NCBI GenBank assembly: GCA_027050205.1
Contig: JALUCS010000097.1
Coordinates: 17,195-81,194 of the forward strand
Length of the DNA stretch: 64,000 nucleotides
Direction: 5' to 3'
Source: a candidate division WOR-3 bacterium
GTDB taxonomy: Bacteria > Hydrothermota > Hydrothermia > LBFQ01
Shown: piece by piece, positions 57,462-64,000 of the stretch
Layout of the letters: every line of letters starts with the position of its first letter
Position numbering within the stretch: the stretch's first letter is position 1
Made by a program: the position numbers and the translations under genes
The notes under the pieces: generated by a model
Database searches by the model: none
Told to the model about the DNA's origin: nothing
The model's input: only the letters and a program-made list of their open reading frames with translations

Positions 57462-59432
57462 TTGGCCAAGCGACACTACCTCCTTGAGGGGGAGAGGAGA
57501 CTCCGGCCGGAGGCGGGAAGAATAGCCGGTGTAGTGTGGTCCCCGTCCGGTGAGACCTTCGCCCCCCTCTCCGTAGACCTCGCCGTTTACGACCTCAATG
57601 GGAGAAGATTGCTCTATAAAAAACGTCCGTCCAGCGAGTACCTCCACATCGGCGTCGCCCTCGTAGGGGACTACGTCTTAGTGGGTAAGACTACGCCGGA
57701 GGTCTGGAGCCTTAAGACGGGTGAGGTCTTGAAGAAGCTGAAGGTCAATATATACTGGAGTTCGGGCATATCCGCCCCGTCCTTCTTCCTGTCCCAAGAT
57801 GCCTCCCTCGTCGCCGCCGTCTCAAGGTTGGAGACCAGCGCCCACCGCTTCACCGTATGGGATACCGGGACGTGGGAGACTGTGAAGAAGGGGTACATGG
57901 AGGGGAAGGGGAGGATAGTCTCCGTCGCCTTCTCGCCGGACAACTCCGTCCTGGCTCTGGGAGATGTCTTCGGGAACGTACGGTTCGTGGAGACTAGAGG
58001 GAAGGCCCGCAGGTACGGCAGGACCCCCCTGCCCGGTGTATCCGCCGTCGTCTCCTGGGATAACTGGGAGAACGAACCTTACGGGGATACCTACGTCGCG
58101 TGGAAAGGGGAGGAGCTCCTGGCTCTCTCGTGGGCGAAGTGGGGGACCCTGGCCGTCCCCGTCCTCTACGTCCTTGATGGCCAACGGCAGAGGGTTAGGG
58201 ACGTCTTAAACCTCTACGACCTCTTCAAGGCCTACGCTGTCCAAGAGGTTTTGACGGGGACGTACGGCCTTCCGGAGCTTTCCCTTCAGGCCTTCAGAGG
58301 AGGATGGGCCGTCAGCGTTGGAAGCGCTACCCTCCTCCTTGACGACTCCCTGAACCCGCGGGGCGTAATGTGGGAGGGGCCCGTATCCGTCTCCCCCGAC
58401 GGGAGGCACTACGTGGTCTACGGTGAGCGCACAAGGGGGGTTCAGGTCTATGACCTTAAGACGGGGAAGGCCGTCCTGCCCTACGTACCCATCGGTGAGG
58501 TGAAGGGGGCCGCGTACCTCCCGGAGCGGATAACCTTCTCAACCTTCAGGGGAGAGGTGGCATCCGTAGGGTACGAGGGCGAAGATGTAAGAGAACACAG
58601 GGTGCCGGGGAGGGCTATAGGGGTGGCCCCATGGAGGGAGGGGACGGCCCTTGTCCTGGCGTCCGTAGCCCCGGATCCGGACGAGATCCTGCTCTCCGAG
58701 AACACAGGTCGGGTTATGGCCTTCGTCCTTGACGGGGAGGGGGCGACAGACGGGTACGCCCTTCAGGATCTCCCCCTCGTCTATCCGAAGGGGGCCTACG
58801 GGCCATCCATCTTAAAAGACGGGAGGTTTGAGAAGGTTGAGGTCAGCCTGCTATCCGTACCGGAGGGTGAAATATTCGCCGTCCTGTCTGGAGACAGCGC
58901 CCACATCTACATCTACGGCAAAGGGGAGGCTATGCTGAAGTACGACTCCGTTTCGGCCCTTGGCTTCTATCGGGACGGCTTTGTGATCAAGCAGAACGGG
59001 GAGGTGATAGAGGTAAGGTTCAACGGTGAGGAGGAGAGGTTCCCGGTGGGTAAGGACTTCTTCCCCGTCCACGCCCCCGATTCCCCCGTCCCGGTACTCG
59101 TGTCCAGGGACTCCGTCTTCATAAACGGGGAGGAGGTCCCGTACGAAATGGATACGGGTATCGTCTTCATCCTCAAGCGGCTCGTCTTCGGAGGTCCCCC
59201 CTTCCTCCCCGCTCACTACGACGGGAAACGGAACACCCTCCTTATACCCTACGCCAACTACGTCCTCATCGTCCCCCTTGGCGGCTCACAACCGGAGGCG
59301 ATAAAGCTGGAGGAGAGGGAAACGTCCTCGGAGTACGCCGTAGGGAGCGTATTCTGTCGCAAAAACACCCTCTACGGTCTTGAGCTGGGCGAGATAAGAC
59401 GCTGGAGAAAGAGGGGGTTGAAATGTACTTAG
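57462..59432 (+). CDS. WD40/beta-propeller repeat protein
   Basis: VWSPSGETF, TVWDTGTWE, SVAFSPDNSVLALG and VSPDGRH repeats; TTG 8 nt after TATAAT. Confidence 0.75.
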   Translation: MAKRHYLLEGERRLRPEAGRIAGVVWSPSGETFAPLSVDLAVYDLNGRRLLYKKRPSSEYLHIGVALVGDYVLVGKTTPEVWSLKTGEVLKKLKVNIYWSSGISAPSFFLSQDASLVAAVSRLETSAHRFTVWDTGTWETVKKGYMEGKGRIVSVAFSPDNSVLALGDVFGNVRFVETRGKARRYGRTPLPGVSAVVSWDNWENEPYGDTYVAWKGEELLALSWAKWGTLAVPVLYVLDGQRQRVRDVLNLYDLFKAYAVQEVLTGTYGLPELSLQAFRGGWAVSVGSATLLLDDSLNPRGVMWEGPVSVSPDGRHYVVYGERTRGVQVYDLKTGKAVLPYVPIGEVKGAAYLPERITFSTFRGEVASVGYEGEDVREHRVPGRAIGVAPWREGTALVLASVAPDPDEILLSENTGRVMAFVLDGEGATDGYALQDLPLVYPKGAYGPSILKDGRFEKVEVSLLSVPEGEIFAVLSGDSAHIYIYGKGEAMLKYDSVSALGFYRDGFVIKQNGEVIEVRFNGEEERFPVGKDFFPVHAPDSPVPVLVSRDSVFINGEEVPYEMDTGIVFILKRLVFGGPPFLPAHYDGKRNTLLIPYANYVLIVPLGGSQPEAIKLEERETSSEYAVGSVFCRKNTLYGLELGEIRRWRKRGLKCT

Positions 59433-60142
59433 ACCTAAGACTCCGCCTTATGGGGGAGGAGGGCCTTAGGGAGATCCTCGGCGACCGGTTCGTAGAAAAA
59501 GGCCGGGAGATTGCGGAGAAGGGTGAGGTCCTCTTCTACGACTCCACGGATACGGAGGCGACGGCCGTTGTGTCTGGCTGCGAAGTACGAGCCTCCTACG
59601 ACTGGATGAGGGACGAGATGAAATTCAAATGCGGATGCCACGGGAAGGCCAAGGCGTGCGAGCATGTGGCCGCCCTCCTTCTGACCGTTCTGAAGGAAAA
59701 GGAGAGGTACGAGGCCCTAAGCGAAAAACTTTCATCAACGGCCCTCAAAGGGGATCTGGCCGTACCGGTGAGCCTTCCGGAGGTTAAGGGTACGTCCCTC
59801 GCCCTCTTCGTCTTCGGCTCTAACAGGGAAGAGATAGAGTCCATGGGGCTATCCCATTTCCTTGAGGTGATAAATCTGGCCGAGAGGATGGGGGTAAGGG
59901 ACCCCGTGGCCGTAGGTGCGGCGGCCGAGAAGGTCATAGACTTCTTCGGAGGGGAGCCGGAGGAGGCCGCAGACCGTATCCTGAAGACCTACGGGGACGA
60001 TGAGGAGGTTCTGACAGCCATCCTTAGGCTCCTTGTGCGTGCCTCGTATTTGGCACCTACGGAGAAGATAACGGCCACCCTCCGGTTGTTGGCCGGACGT
60101 ATGGAAGTGTGGGAGGATATAAAGGGGTACTTGAAGGTGTGA
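59423..60142 (+). CDS. SWIM zinc-finger protein
   Basis: CGC-HGKAKA-CEH (CxC..CxH) followed by VAALLL; overlaps the end of the WD40 gene. Confidence 0.8.
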   Translation: MYLDLRLRLMGEEGLREILGDRFVEKGREIAEKGEVLFYDSTDTEATAVVSGCEVRASYDWMRDEMKFKCGCHGKAKACEHVAALLLTVLKEKERYEALSEKLSSTALKGDLAVPVSLPEVKGTSLALFVFGSNREEIESMGLSHFLEVINLAERMGVRDPVAVGAAAEKVIDFFGGEPEEAADRILKTYGDDEEVLTAILRLLVRASYLAPTEKITATLRLLAGRMEVWEDIKGYLKV

Positions 60143-60152
60143 GGTAGAGACA

Positions 60153-60716
60153 TTATTTCAACACATCATCAACCTTAAGCCTAAAGCCTTTTAGGATGCA
60201 CGACTCAACCTCCCCGCTGCCAGCGGCGATACTGTGCAGGACGTACTTATCGTCCTTCAAACACCAAACTTCAATCGTCTTCAGTCCCGGATACACTATC
60301 CAGTACTCTTTGACGCCGTACCTCTCGTACAGGGCGAACTTTTCGTATCGGTCCCTTACGTAGCTACTCGGTGAAACGATCTCAACCGCCAAGTCCGGAG
60401 GGCCAAAGAGACGCCCGTCTTTGACGTTTTTCAGATTTTCGTTAGGGATGAATACTATATCGGGCTGGACGACTACAGTCTCGGATAGGATGACGTCAAA
60501 GGGAGCATAAACAACCACCCCACTGTTCCTATCGCTGACGAAGCGGTCAAGTGCTATCACTATAGCCTTAGAAATCAGTTGATGTTCAAAGGACGGTGCC
60601 GGCATTTCCTCCAACCTCCCGTTTATAAGTTCGTACCTTTTGTCATCGTCAAGTTGGAGATAGTCCTCGTAAGTTAAAACCTTCTCCTCCGGCTTATCAA
60701 CTACCGCTTCCCCCAT
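60153..60716 (-). CDS. Uma2/DUF820 family putative endonuclease, copy 6
   Basis: TYEDY..RYELING..EMPAP..EHQ..QPD..PDLAVEIVS..K..LY..YGVKEYW; ATG 60716 follows AAGGAGGT. Confidence 0.9.
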   Translation of the reverse strand: MGEAVVDKPEEKVLTYEDYLQLDDDKRYELINGRLEEMPAPSFEHQLISKAIVIALDRFVSDRNSGVVVYAPFDVILSETVVVQPDIVFIPNENLKNVKDGRLFGPPDLAVEIVSPSSYVRDRYEKFALYERYGVKEYWIVYPGLKTIEVWCLKDDKYVLHSIAAGSGEVESCILKGFRLKVDDVLK

Positions 60717-61263
60717 CTTCAACCTCCTTCAGCAGGTCCTTGAGCCTGAACTTCACCCCCTCTAAAAGCTCCACCTCCTCATCTTCACCGAAAGATTTAA
60801 CTCCTCCCTTGTCAATCACTACTACCTCTCTATCCTCCGGGAAAACCCAAACCTGCCTCTTCACCCCCCACCTCCTGTAGCCCTCCATCTTCTCAAGGAT
60901 GTAGGGTAGGCTGTCGGATGGCGATACTATTTCAACCACCAAATCTGGCGGCACCTCTATGGCTCCTCCCTTTAATTTCCACTTATTTCTAGAAATAGCC
61001 ACTACATCGGCTCCGCGGAGAGTTAGAGGAGAACGGGAGAGAAGCAGAGCCACATCTCCGACCAATACGAGCATCTGTTTCGTACCCTCCCTTATCAGGG
61101 AGGCTATTTCCATCTCCAAGAAACCGTGGGTGTCTCCCGTAGGCATCTTTCTAACCTCCTTACCTCTTACAACTTCCGAGACTTCTTCCGGTATCCTACC
61201 GCTTAGGTAGTCCTCGTAGGTCCAAATCCTCTCCTTTGGTTTCTCAAGTACGGCCGCCTTCAT
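60697..61263 (-). CDS. Uma2/DUF820 family, copy 5 (divergent subtype)
   Basis: TYEDY, H, GAD and PPDLVVEIVSP, YRRWGVKRQVW; little similarity to siblings beyond these. Confidence 0.85.
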   Translation of the reverse strand: MKAAVLEKPKERIWTYEDYLSGRIPEEVSEVVRGKEVRKMPTGDTHGFLEMEIASLIREGTKQMLVLVGDVALLLSRSPLTLRGADVVAISRNKWKLKGGAIEVPPDLVVEIVSPSDSLPYILEKMEGYRRWGVKRQVWVFPEDREVVVIDKGGVKSFGEDEEVELLEGVKFRLKDLLKEVEDGGSGS

Positions 61264-61823
61264 TTCATCACCTCCTCAACTTTTACTTTAAAGCCCTTGA
61301 GGACGCAGGATTCAACCTCCCCGTTGCCAGCGGCGATGCTATGCAGGACGTATTTGCCGTCCTTCAAACACCATACTTCAATCGCCTTCAGTTCCGGATA
61401 CACTATCCAGTACTCTTTGACGCCATACCTCTCGTACAGGGAGAACTTTTCATATCGGTCCCTTACGTAGCTCGTGGGGGATACCACCTCAACTACCAGA
61501 TCAGGAGAACCGAAGAGACGACCGTTCTTGACGTTCTTCAGGTTTTCGTCGGATATAAAGACTATATCGGGTTGGACAACCACCATCTCGGATAGGACCA
61601 CGTCAAAGGGAGCATCTACGACCTGTCCGATTCTCCTCTTCCTTACGTATTCCCAGAGGAGGAACTCTAAATCCCGTGAGATAACTTGATGCTCAAAGGA
61701 CGGTGCGGGCATTTCTTCCAACCTCCCGTTTATAAGCTCGTACCTCCTTTCATCCTCAAGCCTCAAATAGTCTTCGTAGGTCAAGACCTTTTTCTTAGGC
61801 CTGTCAAGTACGGCTTCCTTCAT
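61260..61823 (-). CDS. Uma2/DUF820 family, copy 4
   Basis: Same motifs; ATGA overlap with neighbours. Confidence 0.92.
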   Translation of the reverse strand: MKEAVLDRPKKKVLTYEDYLRLEDERRYELINGRLEEMPAPSFEHQVISRDLEFLLWEYVRKRRIGQVVDAPFDVVLSEMVVVQPDIVFISDENLKNVKNGRLFGSPDLVVEVVSPTSYVRDRYEKFSLYERYGVKEYWIVYPELKAIEVWCLKDGKYVLHSIAAGNGEVESCVLKGFKVKVEEVMK

Positions 61824-61942
61824 TTCAATACCTCCTCAACCTTTACTTTAAAACCCTTGAGGACGCAGGATTCAACCTCCCCGCTGCCGACGGCGACAGA
61901 ATGCAGTACGTACTTGCCGTCTTTCAAGCACCAGACCTCTAT
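61701..61942. repeat. ~242-bp near-identical direct repeat spanning the copy3/copy4 junction; second copy at 62255..62496 (554-bp period)
   Basis: Aligned by eye from CGGTGCGGGCATTTC to CCAGACCTCTAT; few mismatches, clustered in the short N-terminal KKK/GE patch. Confidence 0.88.
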
Positions 61943-62377
61943 TGCCCTGTATTCCGGATACACCAACCAGTATTCCTTAACCCCGTATCTCTCGTAGAGG
62001 GAGAACTTCTCGTACCTGTCCCTCGCGTAGCTACTCGGTGAGACCACCTCAACCACAAGGTCGGGAGGGCCGAAGATACGACCCCTCACTTCGTTTTTAC
62101 CCTGCTGGAAAACGATAACTATATCGGGCTGTAAGACGACGTTCTCCGAAAGTATAACATCCACAGGGGACGGTAAAACCTCCCATTTGGATTCGTCCTC
62201 CATCGGTAAGATCGCCTTCATAAGCCTCTTAAGTATCCTCTGATGCTCCGTCGTCGGTGCGGGCATTTCTTCCAACCTCCCGTTTATAAGCTCGTACCTC
62301 CTTTCATCCTCAAGCCTCAAATAGTCCTCGTAGGTCAAAACCTCCCCCTTCGGCCTATCAAGTACGGCTTCCTTCAT
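61820..62377 (-). CDS. Uma2/DUF820 family, copy 3
   Basis: Same motifs. Confidence 0.92.
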   Translation of the reverse strand: MKEAVLDRPKGEVLTYEDYLRLEDERRYELINGRLEEMPAPTTEHQRILKRLMKAILPMEDESKWEVLPSPVDVILSENVVLQPDIVIVFQQGKNEVRGRIFGPPDLVVEVVSPSSYARDRYEKFSLYERYGVKEYWLVYPEYRAIEVWCLKDGKYVLHSVAVGSGEVESCVLKGFKVKVEEVLK

Positions 62378-62496
62378 TTCAGTACCTCCTCAACCTTTAC
62401 TTTAAAGCCCTTGAGGACGCAGGATTCAACCTCCCCACTGCCGACGGCGACAGAATGCAGTACGTACTTGCCGTCTTTCAAGCACCAGACCTCTAT
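62255..62496. repeat. Junction repeat spanning copy2/copy3
   Basis: Matches 61701..61942. Confidence 0.88.
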
Positions 62497-62937
62497 CACC
62501 TTCTCACGGGGCAGAACGATCCAGTACTCCCTTACGCCATACTTCTCGTAAAGCCTGAACTTCTCGTATCTGTCTCTCGTGTAGCTGCTCGGTGAGACTA
62601 CCTCAACCACTAAGTCAGGAGGGCCGAATAATCTTCCCTGTTTGACATCCTTTAAAGTCTCGTTGGATATAAAAATCACATCCGGCTGGACGACAACGGT
62701 CTCGGAGAGTATGACGTCAAAGGGAGCGGGGAGAACTTCCCCCAAATTGCCTTTATCGGAAAAGCCACGCATTATAAGGATTATTTTGGATATGATCCTC
62801 TGATGTTCAAGGCCTGGCGCAGGCATCTCGTACAACCTCCCGTTTATAAGCTCATAACGCTTTTCATCCTCAAGTCGGAGGTAATCTTCATAGGTTAGGA
62901 CCTTCTCCCTCGGCCTATCAAGAACCGCTTCCTTCAT
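62374..62937 (-). CDS. Uma2/DUF820 family, copy 2
   Basis: Same motifs. Confidence 0.92.
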   Translation of the reverse strand: MKEAVLDRPREKVLTYEDYLRLEDEKRYELINGRLYEMPAPGLEHQRIISKIILIMRGFSDKGNLGEVLPAPFDVILSETVVVQPDVIFISNETLKDVKQGRLFGPPDLVVEVVSPSSYTRDRYEKFRLYEKYGVREYWIVLPREKVIEVWCLKDGKYVLHSVAVGSGEVESCVLKGFKVKVEEVLK

Positions 62938-63494
62938 TTCAGTACCTCCTCAACCTTCACCTTGAGGCCCTTGAGGACGCACGACTCAACCTCTCCGCTG
63001 CCAGCGGCGACGGAGTGCAGGGCGTACTTGCCGTCTTTCAGGCACCAGACTTCTATTGCCCTGTATTCCGGATATACCAACCAATATTCCTTAACGCTGT
63101 GCTTCTCGTACAGAGAGAACTTCTCGTACCTGTCGCGGTGATAACTACCCGGTGAAACTATCTCAACGACAAGGTCAGGGGGGCCGAATATACGCTCTTT
63201 CACAATATGGGTCCGTTCTGCAGCCACGAAGAGAATGTCAGGCTGGACAACGGTTGTTTCGGAGAGTATCACATCCACAGGCGCATACAGGACAAGACCC
63301 AGATTCCCTTTACCGACGAACCTCTCCAGAAGGATAAAGAGACGCTTTGAGATTATCTGATGTTCCGTCGTAGGTGCGGGCATTTCTATTAACCTCCCGT
63401 TTATGAGTTCGTACCTCTTATCGTCCTCAAGCCTCAAATAGTCCTCGTAGGTTAAAACCTTTTTCTTAGGCCCATCAACTACCTCTTCCTTCAT
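62934..63494 (-). CDS. Uma2/DUF820 family, copy 1 (first in transcript)
   Basis: Same motifs; SD GGGAGG at 63501-63506 and TAGAAT at 63523-63528 upstream. Confidence 0.92.
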   Translation of the reverse strand: MKEEVVDGPKKKVLTYEDYLRLEDDKRYELINGRLIEMPAPTTEHQIISKRLFILLERFVGKGNLGLVLYAPVDVILSETTVVQPDILFVAAERTHIVKERIFGPPDLVVEIVSPGSYHRDRYEKFSLYEKHSVKEYWLVYPEYRAIEVWCLKDGKYALHSVAAGSGEVESCVLKGLKVKVEEVLK

Positions 63495-63548
63495 CTTAAA
63501 CCTCCCGTTTCCTGCCGTCCATATTCTAAGGCCGATGGCAGACGGTAA

Positions 63549-64000
63549 TCAGTGCCTGAAGAGCCGCTTCCCCGTAAAGACCAGCTTTATGCCCAACTCC
63601 TTCGCCTTTTCAATAACCTCCGCATCCCTCTTGGACCCTCCCGGCTCGGCCACCACCTTGACGCCGAAGGTGTGCGCCCACTCTACGGAGTCGGGGAAGG
63701 GGAAGAAGGCGTCCGAAACGAGGGTGGCACCGTAGGCGTTCTCGTCCGCCTTGATCAGGGCGACCCTTACGGCCGTGACGCGGTCCACGAGGCCGCTACC
63801 CGTACCGAAGAGAGTCTTATCCTTAACCACGACGGCGGCGTTGGATCTGGCCCACTTTACCATCTTGAGGCCGAAGATGATGTCTTCCACCTCCCGGTCG
63901 GTCAGCGGTTCCGTCTTGCTCTCTATGTACTCGTAAGGAGGGTCAAAGTCGGTGGTCTGGACGAGGATGTCCCCTCCCTGCATGAGCATCTGAAGGTGCG
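63549..64000 (-). CDS. purH: AICAR transformylase/IMP cyclohydrolase, C-terminal part (truncated by window edge)
   Basis: KWARSNAAV, GSGLVDRVTAV, SDAFFPFPD, EPGGSKRD and TGKRLFRH motifs. Confidence 0.93.
   Translation of the reverse strand, partial: HLQMLMQGGDILVQTTDFDPPYEYIESKTEPLTDREVEDIIFGLKMVKWARSNAAVVVKDKTLFGTGSGLVDRVTAVRVALIKADENAYGATLVSDAFFPFPDSVEWAHTFGVKVVAEPGGSKRDAEVIEKAKELGIKLVFTGKRLFRH

Noticed and set aside
60153-63494. Diversity-generating retroelement explanation for Uma2 variability
   Set aside because: No reverse transcriptase in the window; differences are not confined to adenine positions and all copies are intact genes rather than a template/variable repeat pair.

Overview
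A gene-dense, GC-rich bacterial chromosome segment interrupted by several AT-rich non-coding spacers. Gene content suggests a diderm, probably thermophilic bacterium of the FCB/WOR-3 type; this is an inference from PorV, T9SS-type C-terminal sorting domains, FCB-style TonB receptors and a V-type ATPase subunit. It carries scattered housekeeping genes (guaB, V-ATPase C, nuoA, tRNA-fMet, acpP-fabF, folC, mfd, acyl-CoA carboxylase beta, rpe, glnA, murJ, secG, pyrR, etfBA, purH). The most interesting observations are: (1) a ~15 kb operon of ExbB-ExbD-ExbD-TonB, a soluble TonB-CTD protein, a TonB-dependent receptor, a partner protein, PorV and sorting-domain cargo, including an apparently catalytically dead metalloprotease, with no canonical T9SS motor or translocon genes in the window; (2) a class of clearly exported proteins, including PorV, with ultra-short uncharged N-termini instead of classical signal peptides; (3) six translationally coupled Uma2/DUF820 nuclease genes with near-identical junction repeats and variable, mosaic cores; (4) about 20 genes with a TAnnnT -10 box 5-10 nt before the start codon and no Shine-Dalgarno (leaderless expression), two of which reuse the upstream gene's TAG stop; (5) an archaeal-type glycerol-1-phosphate dehydrogenase and a geranylgeranyl-reductase-family gene; (6) an unannotated 36-aa RiPP-leader-like ORF with its own promoter, SD and terminator. 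No CRISPR array, rRNA, transposase or integrase was seen. All family assignments come from motif recognition by eye; no database search was run.
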